This document shows, piece by piece, positions 26,465 to 40,049 of a stretch of DNA of 64,000 nucleotides; the stretch's first letter is position 1; each line of letters starts with the position of its first letter. The translations under genes were made by a program, and so were the position numbers. Source of the stretch: Mobula hypostoma. Lineage: Eukaryota. The stretch covers positions 60,762,001-60,826,000 of the forward strand of contig NC_086108.1 in NCBI RefSeq assembly GCF_963921235.1, in the 5' to 3' direction. The notes under the pieces were generated by a model. That model worked only from the letters and a program-made list of their open reading frames with translations. It searched no databases and had not been told where the DNA came from.

Positions 26465-26918
26465 AGTACAATCAGCATAGTGGTTAGCATAATGCTTTAC
26501 TGCACCAGCGATCAGAAGATTGGGGTTCCAATTCCTGTGACTGCATGTTGCTGCCTGGTTTCCTCCCATATTTTTCAAAAAGATGTATATGCCAGGGGTA
26601 GGCAACCTTAAGCACAAATGATTTTCTAGCATGCATTATTCATTAATTTGAGGCAAAACATAACTAGACGTATTTAAATGGATAATTCCCATATTTCAAG
26701 TTTTTTATGGCATTCATCTGGCCCACCGTCCGCTCATTGATATGTGATCCGGCCCACAAAGGCGAAAAGGTTGCCGACCCGTGGTCTAGGCGAAGGTTAG
26801 TAAGTTGTGGGCAGGCTCTGTTATCACCTGAAGCATGGGCTGTGCTGGTCCTTGACACAAAATGATTCTTTTCACCGTATGTTTCAATATTTCGATGTAT
26901 ATGTGACAAAGCCAATCT
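26465..26918 (+). mobile_element. V-domain SINE interrupted by a hAT MITE
   Basis: AGCATAGTGGTTAGCA A-box-like head, GGTTTCCTCCCA..TT..CAAA core resumes after the insert. Confidence 0.65.
26593..26783. mobile_element. hAT (Charlie-like) MITE
   Basis: TIRs CAGGGGTAGGCAACCTT / AAGGTTGCCGACCCGTG; imperfect 8-bp TSD GTATATGC / GTCTAGGC. Confidence 0.75.
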
Positions 26919-28214
26919 TTAAAAAAAACATTGAAGTACTGGAAAAAGGCAATGAGTAAAGTCTTTTATTTTGTCATCAAGCTTTTTTCTTGTGTTCTTC
27001 AAGTGACTTTTACTGAAGCCAAAACCGACAATAGGATCAACTTTCTGGCAATAATTTGTTGTGGATTTAAACTACTAGCCTTGAACCTAAAAGTTAGGTC
27101 AAACACACAACAGAATTGTCTGTGTCATCCTAATTCCCCTCTAATATTCATGAAACAAAATTTTGAAAATGACCACCAAAATATTTAATTCCAAGTAAAT
27201 CCCTGAGAGACTAAAATGTAAATTAGCACTTGCAATTTTGGACTATGACAGCCAAAATCTTCATTATTGGAAGAATATGACAAGATTAATACATCTTGGC
27301 TCTAGATATGTTTATTTTTAAAGAAATTTGGGATTACAGATGAATGAAAGCAAATGTGTGCATTCATCATTTCAAATCAAAAATCAGGTTTCTTAATAAA
27401 AGTTTAAAGGATATGTCACAATTGCCTCACACATGAACTTCAATAACCTAAACATTCTGAGGTTCTGCAAATAAAAGATAATAACAAGAAGATAAAAAGC
27501 TTAATCCTTTGACAGCTAAATGCCAGCGAGAAAAAAATATATACATAAAACATTAATCCTGTAAAATCACAAGGGGAGAGTGGACTGAAGATTACAAATG
27601 ATTTAGAGATATATTTTATTCCCTTGTAGAAGAGTCAGTATTCTGACCTATTTATTATCAAAAAGAAACCAGACCAAGCCAATGACCTCAATGGCAGTCC
27701 ACAATCCACAGAGCTGCGTCACAGCTAACACAGAATTAATACCTTTGCTTCATCCCACAAAAATTCCAAATATTCAAAATATAAAGATTCATTATTTAGA
27801 TATTCATCACAAGCTTTGGATCCTTTCCAAGGATTCCAAATTGTCAAAATCTTCATTACGCTCAGCCTTTCCAACAATTCTGCAACATTAAACTTTTAAA
27901 ATCGTAATTTTTAATAGAAATCTCATCCTTCAGAATTCTTTTCATTATTATTTCCCCGGCTTATGAGCATTAAGAACATAAGAACACAGGAAATCGGAGC
28001 AGGAGTAGACCATCCGGCCCATCGTACCTGCTCCACTGTTGAATATGACCATGGATTCATCTCCATTTACCTGCCTTTTCCCGCATAACCCTTAATTCCC
28101 CTACCATCAAAAATCTATCCAACGTTGATAGATATCTTTCACCTAGATAGATCAACAAAAATAATACAAACATCACTGTCAATGATTAATCAAAAGCAAG
28201 CAAACTTTACTCAC

Positions 28215-28278
28215 GGGTTATTTGTAGAATGCTTGTGATTTTTCCAAGCTATCTTGGCAAAGTGCTCTGGTTTCGTCC
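28215..28278 (-). CDS. SCP2: SCPx exon 7 (GTKPEHFAKIAWKNHKHSTNNP)
   Basis: 64 nt, ttgcag| acceptor, CC|gtgagt donor. Confidence 0.96.
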
Positions 28279-29509
28279 CTGCAATTAAAAAAAAGAGGTA
28301 ATGTACTGGAAACATATTATACTGAACCTTTAAATAGTATGAAAAACAATACAGGCTTGTACAATTCAAGTCCTCCATCTGCTAACTATGACATTTCTTT
28401 GCAAATCACTCTTCCTGATGCAAGGTTTCAACCCGAAAATGTCAACAATTCCTCTCTCCATCAAGTTTGCTTCAGCAGATTGTTCATTGCTCCGGATATG
28501 TTTGCAAGTTGAATCTGGGGCAACTTCAAATCAATCTGCATTGAAGTAAATTCAAAACTACTTAGAAGACAACTACATTGACACTGTTCTTCAGCCAACT
28601 TGCATGGATGTTAACACAGAGAATGAAGAAGGACCAACATTTTCGAACCTCTATGAGTCATGTATAGATTTCAACTCATTTCCCAAAAAAGTTGAAGAAA
28701 GCTTAAGTGTGAATTTTATACAACAGTAAATTCAAATTTTTTTTTAAAAAGCCACAGACATTGGCAACACACTTAAAAGAGAGCATGAGTTGACCTAGAC
28801 TGTAGAATTAGGCAAATAATAAACAGGAAACTGACTTCTCCCATATTAGGAAGAGGACTGAGGGGAAGATCAGTCTGAGAAGGAGCTCCATTACACTCCC
28901 ACTAAGACAGTATAGTCAGGGTTACGTGAGCTAGATCTTGGGAGTCTGCAAAAACTTGGAACCAGCAATAATTATAAGAAGCAGACAACATTTCTGGTTT
29001 TAGTCCCTTTGTCAGAACTCAATGTTGACCACTTTCCTTTCCATGGATGCTGCCAGGTCTGCTGAGTGTTTCCAGCATTTTCAGTTTTTGGTTTAGATTT
29101 CTGGCATCTTCAGAAGTTTTGATTACCAACAGCTATCAAGAGGATGGCAGCTTGTTGATGTTAAAGATTCTCAGGTGAGAATAGCCAATGGCAAATGCTG
29201 TGGTCACAGGGCTGCAAGAGTGGAGAAATACGAGAATTGGGCTGAGAAGAAAACGATAGCAGAGCAGTTTAAAGCTCGGCAGCATAGGTAACATGGGCTA
29301 ACTAAGTGAAAATGAACCTTAAAAGTCAAATGAGAACAGAAAGGTGTGCAGGTTGTGCAAGAGACCTACAAGAGTATCCATTAGTGTGACATACAGTAGT
29401 TAATGATCCTAGATTCCAACAACTTTGCAAATCCTAATGCACCTCTGCCGAACAGTGCAGTGTGAAAATTCCCATATAAATGTTTACATAAATATTTTTA
29501 ATTCACTGA

Positions 29510-30050
29510 GCTAACTACATGATAGCTCACTGAGGAGGAAACCAGAGGTCCATAAGCCAGTCCTCATCGGGGAATCAGAGGAGAAAAGAGTCGGCAAATT
29601 TAAATTTCTTGGTGCTATCATTCCAGGGGATCTGTTCCGGGTCCAAAATGTAAGTGCCATTACGAAGAAAGCATGCCAGCACCTCAACTTTTTGAGAAGT
29701 TTGTGAAGAATTAGCACGTAATTTAAACTTTCACAAACTACTATAGAATCCCATCTAGGTATGGGCATCCCAGTTGTATACAATCCAGAAATTCCTGGTA
29801 TGGAAATATCAATGCCCTTGTATAGAAAAGCCTACAAAAAGTAGTGGATATGGCCCCGTCCATCATGGGTAAAGCCTTTCCCATCACTGAGCACATCTAC
29901 ATGGAGCGCTGTCACAGGAAAGCAGCATCTGTCATCAAGGATCTCCCACCCCCACACCAACCATCCAGGCCACGTACTCTTCTCGCTGCTGCCATCAGAA
30001 AGAAGGTACAGGAGCCACAGGACACACACCACCAGGTTCAGGAACAGTTA
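29510..30050 (+). mobile_element. Rex1/Babar 3' fragment (continues at about 31060-31380)
   Basis: FKFLG.II..DL, IEHIYMERCHRKAASVIKD, RFRNSY broken by an insertion. Confidence 0.75.
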
Positions 30051-31040
30051 TTAGATTAGATTCAACTTTATTGTCAGTGTGCCGAGTACAGATACAAAGC
30101 CAATGAAATGCATTTAGCATCTGACCAAAAATGCAAAGAATAGCGTTATTTATAAAATAACTGCAAATAAAAAAAAGTGCTACAGCGCACAAATATAAAA
30201 GTACTGAGACAGTACAATACGGATGCAATACTGCTTAGCACTGGGATGAGAGGTTCAGCAGGGTCACAGCCTCAGGGAAGAAGCTCTTTCTGCGCCTGCT
30301 GGTGCGGGAGCGGAGGCTCCTGTAGCACCTACCGGAAGGGAGGAGAGTAAAATGTCCATGGTTAGGGTGAGATGCATCCCTGATAATGCTTTTCAACCTG
30401 TCCAGGCAGCGTTTATGGTAGATGTTCTCAATGGTGGGCAATTGGGTGCCGATAATCCACTGGGCAGTTTTCACCACCCGCTGGAGTGCGTTGCAGTCCG
30501 ATACAGGACAATTGCCATACCACACTGAGATGCAGTTGGTGAGTATGCTCTCAGTGGTACAGTGGTAAAAATCTGTCAGTATCCTGGGACAGAGGTGAGC
30601 TTTCTTCATGCTCTGCAGGAAATAAAGGCACTGTTGCACCTTTTTGATGAGGATGGAGGAGTTCAGGGACCAGGTGAGATCATTGGAAATGTGGACACCA
30701 AGGAATCTGAAGCTTGATACACACTCCACTACAGTTCCGTTGATGTAGATGGGGACGTGAGTGTGACTCCTGGCATGCCTGAAGTCCACAATGATCTCCT
30801 TGGGCTTCTTGTTAAGGGCCAGATTGTTGTCGGCACACCACTTAGCCAGGTGCTGGACCTTGTCCCTGTAGGCCGTCTCATCATCCCCTATGATCAGACC
30901 AACCACCGTGGTGTCGTCTGCGAACTTGATTATGGAGTTAGAACCATGTACAGGAATGAAGTCATAGGTGAAAAGGGAGTACAGAAGAGGGCTCAGCACA
31001 CAGCCTTGAGGCACGCCTTCAGGGTGAGAGTGGAGGAGGA
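30051..31040 (-). mobile_element. Rex1/Babar 3' part, fairly intact
   Basis: 259-aa ORF PQGCVLSPLLYSLFTYD...KFADDTTVVGLI...SFFPEAVTLLN; GACAATAAA and (AATCT)n tail. Confidence 0.92.
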
Positions 31041-31394
31041 GAGGTTGTCTAACTTAACTGATTACCTCTCAACTATCAAGTTCTTGAACCAGAGGGGATA
31101 ACTACATTCAGTTTCACTTGCCCATCACTGAACTATTCCCACAATCTATGGACTCCCACTTGAGGACTCCAACTAATATTTTAGATATTTATTGCTCATC
31201 TATTATTATTTCTTTTTTCTCCTACATTTTGTATTTGGACAGTTGTTTTTTTTTGCACATTGGTTTTTGCCTGTCTTCTTGGGTGTGATCATTCATTGAT
31301 TCTATTGTGCTTCTTCTTGTATTTACTGTGATTGCCCACAAGAAAATAAATCTCTGGGTTGTATATGACTGTGACACCAATACTGTAAGAGGAC

Positions 31395-33118
31395 TAAACA
31401 ACAGGAAATCTGCAGATGCTGGAATTTCAAGCAACACACACCAAAGTTGCTGGTGAACGCAGCAGGCCAGGCAGCATCTCTAGGAAGAGTACAGTCGACG
31501 TTTCAGGCCGAGACCCTTCGTCAGGACTAACTGAAGGAAGAGTTAGTAAGAGATTTGAAAGTGGGAGGGGGAGGGGGAGATCCAAAATGATAGGAGAAGA
31601 CAGGAGGGGGAGGGATGGAGCCAAGAGCTGGGCAGGTGATTGGCAAAGGGGATATGAGAGAATCATGGGACAGGAGGCCCAGGGAGAAGGAAAAGGCGGG
31701 GGGGGACCCCAGAGGATGGGCAAGGGGTATAGTCAGAGGGGCAGAGGGAGAAGGAGAGTGAGAGAAAGAATGTGTGTATAAAAATAAATAACGGATGGGG
31801 TACGAGGGGGAGGTGGGGCATTAGCGGAAGTTAGAGAAGTCGATGTTCATGCCATCAGGTTGGAGGCTACCCAGATGGAATATAAGGTGTTGTTCCTCCA
31901 ACCTGAGTGTGGCTTCATCTTTACAGTACAGGAGGCCGTGGATAGACATGTCAGAATGGGAATGGGATGTGGAATTAAAATGTGTGGCCACTGGGAGATC
32001 CTGCTTTCTCTGGCAGACAGAGCATAGGTGTTCAGCAAAGCAGTCTCCCAGTCTGCGTCGGGTCTCGCCAATATATAGAAGGCCACATTTGGAGCACCAG
32101 ACGCAGTATATCACCCCAGCCAACTCACAGGTGAAGTGTCGCCTCACCTGGAAGGACTGTCTGGGGCCCTGAATGGTGGTAAGGGAGGAAGTGTAAGGGC
32201 ATGTGTAGCACTTGTTCCGCTTACAAAGATAAGTGCCAGGAGGGAGATCAGTGGGGAGGGATGGGGGGGATGAATGGACAAGGGAGTCGTGTAGGGAGCG
32301 ATCCCTGCTGAAAGCAGAGAGGCGAGGGAGGGAAAGATGTGCTTAGTGGTGGAATCCCATTGGAGGTGGTGGAAGTGACGGAGAATAATATGTTGGACCC
32401 GGAGGCTGGTGGGGTGGTAGGTGAGGACCAGGGGGACCCTATTCCTAGTGGGGTGACGGGAGGATGGAGTGAGAGCAGATGTACGTGAAATGGGGGAGAT
32501 GCGTTTAAGAGCAGAGTTGATAGTGGATGAAGGGAACCCCCTTTCTCTAAAAAAGGAAGACATCTCCCTCGTCCTAGAATGAAAAGCCTCATCCTGAGAG
32601 CAGATGCGGCGGAGACGGAGGAATTGCGAGAAGGGGATGACATTTTTGCAAGAGACAGGGTGAGAAGAGGAATAGTCCAGATAGCTGTGAGAGTCAGTAG
32701 GCTTATAGTAGACATCAGTGGATAAGCTGTCTCCAGAGACAGAGACAGAAAGATTTAGAAAGGGGAGGGAGGTGTCAGAAATGGACCAGGTAAATTTGAG
32801 GGCAGGGTGAAAGTTGGAGGCAAAGTTAATAAAGTCAACGAGCTTTGCATGCGTGCAGGAAGCAGCGCCAATGCAGTCGTCGATGTGGCGAAGGAGAAGT
32901 AGGGGACAGATACCAGAATAGGCACGGAACATAGATTGTTCCACAAAGCCAACAAAAAGGCAGGCATAGCTAGGACCCAATCGGGTGCCCACAGCTACAC
33001 CTTTAGTTTAGAGGAAGTGGGAGGAGCCAAAGGAGAGATTATTAAGAGTAAGGACTAATTCCACTAGACGGAGCAGAGTGGTGGTAGAGGGGAACTGATT
33101 AGGTCTGGAATCCAAAAA
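31395..33118 (-). mobile_element. Penelope-like element (RT C-terminal half, GIY-YIG, terminal repeat)
   Basis: GTRLGPSYACLFVG, RHIDDCIG, TDVYYKPTDSHSYLDYSSSHP, GVIYCVWC..CGLLYIGET. Confidence 0.93.
31492..31530 (-). ncRNA. Minimal type I hammerhead ribozyme motif in Penelope terminal repeat
   Basis: Minus strand reads ttAGTC-CTGACGA-AGG gtctcgg CCT-GAA-ACGT-C-GACTg: helix I, catalytic core, helix II and palindromic ACGU at helix III. Confidence 0.75.
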
Positions 33119-33119
33119 G

Positions 33120-34910
33120 AGGACTAGGTAGGATAACAAATAAACTCTTCTCGAGCCCGTAAAGAGTTGGGCTGGATGGGATAGTTTGTCAAATGTATTC
33201 AGGAAAGTTTTGTGAATCAGTACGTAGAAGTCCCAAAAAGAGAACATGCAAAATTAGATCTGCTTTGAGGGAATGACAGGGCAAGTGACAGAAGTTTGTG
33301 TAGGGGAACACTTTGCATTTAGCAATTACTAGTTTCAAGGTAATTATGGAAAAGGGTAGGTCTGGTCCTCGAACTGAGATTTTAAATTGGAGAAAGGACA
33401 ATTTTGATTGGATCAAGAAGGATCTGGCAACTATGGATTGGGACAGGCTGTTTTCTGGCAAAGGTGTACTTGGTAAGTGGGAGGCCTTCAAAAGTGAAAT
33501 CCGAGAGCTCACTGATGAGGAAACCAGATCTTAAATGGATTTTTTTTTGGAGCTGTTGTTACTTTGCGAGACGGACGCAGAGCTTATATAAGTGAGGCAA
33601 AGCAGCAAAAAGGTCAGGGACCTCATACAAATTACAGGGGAGGAAATGTTTGCTGTCTTGAGGAAAATTCACATGGACAAATCCCCAAGGCTTGACAAGT
33701 TGTTCCTTCGAACCCTGTGGGAAGCAAATGCAGAAATTGCAAGGGCCTGAGCAGACATTTAAATTATCCTTAGTGACAGACGAGGTACCGGAGGATTAGA
33801 TAGCTAATACTGTTCCACTGTTTAATAAAGGCTCTAAGGATAAACCAGGAATTTATAAGCTGGTGAGCCTGACATCAGTAGTGGGAAAGTTACTGGAAGG
33901 TACTCTAAGGGACCGGATATATGAGTATTTGGAGAGACATGGACTAATCAGGGATGGCCAGCATAGCTTTGTGTGTGGTAGGTGATTTCTAACCAACTTA
34001 AAAGAGTTTTTCAAGGAGTTTACCGGAAAGTTGGTGAAAGCAAGGCAGTGGAAGTTGTCTACATGGACTTCAGCAAGACATTTGACAAGGTCCTGCATGG
34101 GAAGTTGGTCAAGAGGGTTCAGTCGCTTTGCATTCAAGGTGAGGTAGTAAACTGGATTAGACATTGGCTTTGCAGAAGCCAGACAGTGGTAGTAGAAGGT
34201 TGCCTCTCTGACAGGGGGCCTGTGACGAGTGAAGTGCCGTAGGATGCATTGCTGCATCCTTCATTGTTTGTCATCTATATGAATTACCTGCATATTAATA
34301 TGATTAATTGGATCACTAAATTTGCAGATGACACCAAGATTGGAGGTGTACTGGACAGCGAAGAAGACTATCAGAGCCTACAGCAGGATTTGAACTAGCT
34401 GGAATAATAGGCAGAATAATGGGCTGAAAATGGCACATGGAATTTAATGCAGGCAAATGTGAGGTGTTGCGGTTTGCAAGGTCCAACACAGGTAGGTCTG
34501 CCACAGAGAACGGTAGAGCACTGAGGACAGCGGTGGAATAAAGCGGTCTGGGAATGCAGGTCCATAATTCATTGAAAGCGGCATCACAGGTAAATACAGT
34601 CAAAAAGAAAGTTTTTGACACATTATCTTTTGTAAATCAAAGTACTGAGTACTGGAGATGGGATGTTATGTTGATTTTGTACAACACATTGGTGAGGCCT
34701 AACTTGGAGTATTGTGTGCAGTCTTGGTCATCTACCTACTAGAAAGACGTAAATAAGATAAAAAGAGTACAGCAAAAATTTGCTGGAACTAGAGGACCCG
34801 AGTTATAAGGAAAGATTGAATATGTTACGACTTTATTCCCTAGAACATAGAAGATTGAGGGGAGATTTGATAGAGATGTACAAAATTATGAGGGGTATAC
34901 AAAAGGTAAA
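33120..34910 (+). mobile_element. CR1 ORF2, degraded
   Basis: LNWRKDNFD, VYMDFSKTFDKV.HG, KFADDTKIGG, LVRPNLEYCVQ, RRLRGDLIE. Confidence 0.88.
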
Positions 34911-34911
34911 C

Positions 34912-37394
34912 ACACACGATTGTCACTTGGCAGCCCCCTCAGCATTCCTTCTTTTCAGCCACAGCCAGTGACTATTCATTTTGGCAGCATTAGCAAGTGC
35001 TTTGATTGCCTTCCCATGGGCCTGCCCTCTGACCCCTACGTCCCTCAGCAGCCTTACGGTGGAACTGGCTACAAAGCCCCTGCACCCCACCTCAACTGGA
35101 TGCACTTTTACTTGCAGCCTTGCTCCTCTGCTTCAACTGCAAGGTTGGCATATCGCAGCCTTTTCCGTTTGCAAGCCTCATCCACAGCATCCTCCCGGGG
35201 ACCGTCAGCTCAATGATAAAGTCATAGTCATACTTTATTGATCCCGGGGGAAATTGGTTTTCGTTACAGTTGCTCCATAAATAATAAATAGTAATAGAAC
35301 CATAAATAGTTAAATAGTAATATGTAAATTATGCCAGTAAATTATGAAATAAGCCAGGACCAGCCTATTGGCTCAGGGTGTCTGACCCTCCAAGAGAGGA
35401 GTTGTAAAGTTTGATGGCCACAGGCAGGAATGACTTCCTATGACGCTCTGTGCTGCATCTCGGTGGAATGAGTCTCTGGCTGAATGTACTCCTGTGCCCA
35501 CCCAGTACATTATGTAGTGGATGGGAGACATTGACCAAGATGGCATGCAACTTAGACAGCATCTTCTTTCCAGACACCACCGTGAGAGAGTCCAGTTCCA
35601 TCCCCACAACATCACTGGCCTTACAAATAAGTTTGTTGATTCTGTTGGCGACTGCTACCCTCAGCCTGCTGCCCCAGCACACAACAGCAAACATGATAGC
35701 ACTGGCCACCACAGACTCGTAGAACATCCTCAGCATCGTCCGGCAGATGTTAAAGGACCTCAGTCTCCTCAGGAAATAGAGACGGCTCTGACCCTTCTTG
35801 TAGACAGCCTCAGTGTTCTTTGACCAGTCCAGTATATTGTCAATTTGTATCCCCAGGTATTTGTAATCCTCCACCATGTCCATCCTGACCCCCTGGATGG
35901 AAACAGGGGTCACCGGTACCTTAGCTCTCCTCAGGTCTACCACCAGCTCCTTAGTCTTTTTCACATTAAGCTGCAGATAATTCTGCTCACACCACGTGAC
36001 AAAGTTTCCTACCGCCGACGCGCCGGCAGGAGTTGGAGCAAAGGACCAGGTCAGGCCGCAGGTTGGTCGTTGCAAATTCAGATGGGAAGGTAAGTTTCTG
36101 GCCTAAATCAACATGCAATTCCCAGTCCCTGGCTGCACTCAGTGGGCATGAGTCATGAGGCAAGGGGTGAGCCCCCGGTTTCTCTCCTTCCCGGATGAAG
36201 GATTGTAGTTGTGGGACCATTGTCTGGGCATTGAGAGGCCTGGCACTGGTGGTTACTCTCTTACATTCAAGTTCAGCTGCCAAACACCTCAGCACTTGGT
36301 TGTTGTCACCAGGTGTACCTGCCTTGTAATAGGCTGCTCTTGCAACTAACCAAGATGTGCTTGAGGGATGCCGGAACTGCGCACAGAGGACAGGCTGGAT
36401 CTTCTCCCAGCCAAAGAGTTAGGTTTGTAGGAGAGGGCAGGACATCATATGTTGCTCTGATGATGAAGCTCAATCTGTCTGACTCTACGCTCCACAGCTC
36501 ACTCTATGTAATTTTCCTCCTCTCAACACCCTCCCACCTCATCCAGCAGCCTTGTTTGGCCTGGGATATTGCTTTGGCACATCTGGCTGCTGCTTCTTGG
36601 TGGCGCACCTCCTCCACCACCAGGTGCCGGCGTTCAGTTGTAGTAGCCTTTTGCCAGCTAGGTTCCATCGCTCCAAGGCCAAAGCCTCCTCTGCCCTGTT
36701 GGACATAGCCCACTATGTCCCAGTGTCGGAGGGCGGCATCTGTGTCCAGCACTGCTGTGGCTGGGGTCCATTTCTTCCCTGTTGCTGGAGCAGGAGCAGC
36801 GCCTCTTACAATTGGGTATCGAGATTTTTTTGAGTGTCATTTTCAGCCTTGCTTTGGCACATTTGTATTCCTCCACCAGGCTAGAAATTGGCAGAGATAG
36901 GGCTCCGTTCCCGTAAAGTCCTATACTGCTAAGGCATCTTGGTAACCCAAGCCATTTCCTCACATGTGAGTTCACCAGCCTCTCCAACCGATTTGCATGA
37001 GACATAGTGACCTCATAGATGGTAATTGGCCACATAAGTCGGGGCAGCAGTCCAAACTGAAAGCACCAAAGCTTCAACCTCCCTGGGAGAGCCATGTTTT
37101 TGATTAGCTTGAGGCCACTGATTGTATCCTGCCTTAGTTGTTCCACCTGCTCTGTGTCTCTGAGGTCTGTGTTGTACCAACATCCGAGGCTTTTGATGGG
37201 CTTCTCCAACACAGTTGGTATTGGCTCAGCGTTGATACAAAACCTTATGTCGGTGAGCCGGCCTTGGACAATTGAGATACTGCGAGACTTACTGGGTTTG
37301 ATCCCCATTCGTGCCCATTTGACATTTCCCTGGAGTTTATCCAGCAGGCGTCTGGTGCATGCTTTTGTTGTTATCGTGGTCATGTCATCCATAT
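34912..37394 (-). mobile_element. Hero-clade RLE non-LTR retrotransposon, 5'-truncated, split by a Rex1 copy
   Basis: MDDMT, IKPSKSRSISI, LPGRLKLWCFQFGLLPRLMWP, CPLCAVPASLKHILVSC (CCHC), RPDLVL...IELTVP...VEVGCRGF. Confidence 0.85.
35221..36016 (-). mobile_element. Rex1/Babar 3' fragment inserted in Hero
   Basis: WCEQNYLQLNVKKTKELVVD...YKYLG...KSFLPVAIKLYN; CAATAAA and (TATGAC)n tail. Confidence 0.92.
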
Positions 37395-37634
37395 TCACCC
37401 ATTCTTCAAGCGTTTCCCTCCGACCAGTCATTGTGATGCTCGGATAATGAGCTCCACTGCCATGGTAACTGTTGTTAATCGACAACATAATTCTGCCTGA
37501 ACTGAAATCATCCTCTTTCAGCTAACTGCAGTGTTTAACCAATTTTATAACTGAATTGTTAAAAATAGATTATTAATCAGCAAATTTAACTGCTTTTAAA
37601 CTAATTCTGATGTTAAGTGTGCAGGTATAGTTAC

Positions 37635-37761
37635 CATATTTCTCCATATGCTCTTTGCCAGCACTTCCAAATAATTGTGGTGTTACTGGAGCAGCAGATA
37701 TCCCATACTTATTGTTCAGCACTTCGCAGTGTTTATCCATGGGATTGGTCCTGTCTAGGAA
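37635..37761 (-). CDS. SCP2: SCPx exon 6 ([42 protein letters not shown])
   Basis: 127 nt, ttcag| acceptor, G|gtaact donor. Confidence 0.96.
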
Positions 37762-37842
37762 CTGAAATACAAATGGCATGTAGTCAGATTCCATACACAA
37801 CACAGTATAATTTATCAGAGAAAATTTACTTGTGTTCACAAA

Positions 37843-38800
37843 TTGGAATTGAATTGAATTGACTTTATTACTTACATCCTTCATATACATGAGGAGTAAA
37901 AATCTTAATATTATGTCTCCATCTAAATGTGCAACGTGCAATTTCTAGTAATTTATACTAAATGGTATCTACAACAGGACAGTCAATACAACATAGAAAT
38001 ACAATTGCATCAGCATGAATTAATCAGTCTGATGGATTAGTGGAAGAAGCTGTCCCAGAACCTGTTGGTCCTGGCTTTTATGCTGTGGTACCGTTTCCCA
38101 GATGGTAGCAGCTGGAACAGTTTGTGGTTGGGGTGACTTGGGTCCCCAATTATCGTTCGGGCCCTTTTTACACTCCTGTCTTTGTAAATGTCCTGAATAG
38201 TGGGAAGTTCACATTGACAGATGCACTGGACTATCCGCATCACTCTCTGCAGAGACCTGCGATCGAGGGAAGTACAGTTCCCATACCAGGCAGTGATGCA
38301 GCCAGTCAGGATGCTCTCAATTGTGCCCCTGTAGGAAGTTTTTAGGATCTGGGGACCCATACCAAACTTCTTCAACTGTCTGAGGTGAAAGAGGTACTAT
38401 TGTGCTTTTTTAACCACACAGCCGGTATGTACAGACCACGTAAGATCCTCGGTGATGTGTATGCCGAGGAACTTAAAGCTGTTCACCCTCTTAAGCCCAG
38501 GTCCATTGATGTTAATAGTGGTTAGCCTGTCTCCATTCCTCCTGTAGTCCACAACCAGTGCCTTCGTTATTGCGACATTGAGGAAGAGGTTGTGTTCTTG
38601 ACACCACTGTGTCAGGGTGCTGACTTCTTCTCTGTAGGCTGCCTCATTATTATTTAAGATTAGGCCAATCAGTGTAGTATCATCAGCAAATTTAATTAGC
38701 AGATTGGAGTTGGGTGGCGACACAGTCATGGGTATACAGAGAGGGGCCTTAGGACACAGCCCTGAAGGGCACCTGTGTTGAGAGTCAGAGGGGCAAAGGT
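37843..38800 (-). mobile_element. Rex1/Babar 3' fragment
   Basis: LIKFADDTTLIGLI, GTIESILTGCITAWYGNC; (CAATT)n tail. Confidence 0.9.
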
Positions 38801-40049
38801 GCAGAGAGACAGGATGGAAAGCAGGAGAGCAAAACTGAAGCAACACAGACAAAATGCTGGAGGAACTCAGCAGGCCAAGCAGCATCTATGGAAAAAAAAA
38901 ACAAAATTGAGATGTGTTTAAATATTATTTGAGTAGAGAGCAGATTAGGAACGTTTCAACCAGAAGCAAACTAATTTAATGAAGCAATAGAGCTTTACAT
39001 AGGTATCAAAAATGGGGGAGGGGGGAACTAAAATTAGGTTTATACAGACAACAGGCAAAGTTTAAACTAATACTGTATAAGTACAGATGGAGATGTTTCA
39101 GTTAGAAAGGAAAGAATTGCAACATTCTTAAAAAAAAATAAAGAGAAGAAGTTGTACAGATGATAAAATCCAGAACAACACACAAAATGCTACAGGAACT
39201 CAGCAGGTCAGGCAGCATCTATGGAAATGAAAAAAACAACATTTCAGGCAGACACCCTTTTTAATAGATACTTTAACTCTGTACTTAGCTAGTGCTGGTA
39301 AGGCAAGATTACCAGAGAGTTACAGGGAAATGTGGGGTAACTGACACTAGTATTGAAAAAAATATTACGCCATCAATGAACTTAAAAGTGTCAATTTGTC
39401 TGCTTTGAATGCTTTACATGCAGGAATACTAGGGAAACATACCCCAGAAACATCAGAAAAAAATGAAATGTATTATTTCCAAATTACACCAAAAGAACTC
39501 ACAATGATGAATGTTACATTCCCATTTCATAAAAAAGGTGCTGGTGTAAGTCCGTTAACAATGGCCATTAACTCTGCCTAGTGGCAAGAGATCACAATTT
39601 TAAAAAATAGTCTTCCCATACTTCAGAAATTTGGGTTAATTGGTGCAATCAAGGAACTCATCTATAACTAATTTGCATCATATTACCTTTCAAGAAATTA
39701 GCAAAAAAAATGGAATATAGTAAGCATGGTACAAATGGACTTTCAAATGTTTAATGAAAGATAGCATCAGAGATATATTGGTAAAATCAAGACACGTGGC
39801 AGGTTGAATTAGTGGAAGATTAATGGTAGAAAGCAAAGTGTACGATTAAATTAAAATTTCTCATTTTGTTAGTGTGTAGCCCATTGCACGCAATACGGAT
39901 GTCCAAATATAAGTCACTGCCTTGCCATAGATCTATATGATGTACACATGGGGATGCTGGCATTGTGTCACAGCCTGGCAGAGATACCAGGGGCACTGAA
40001 CTCCAAGAAACTCCAGCAAATCAGAGAAAAACTTCTCTCCAAAAAACAA

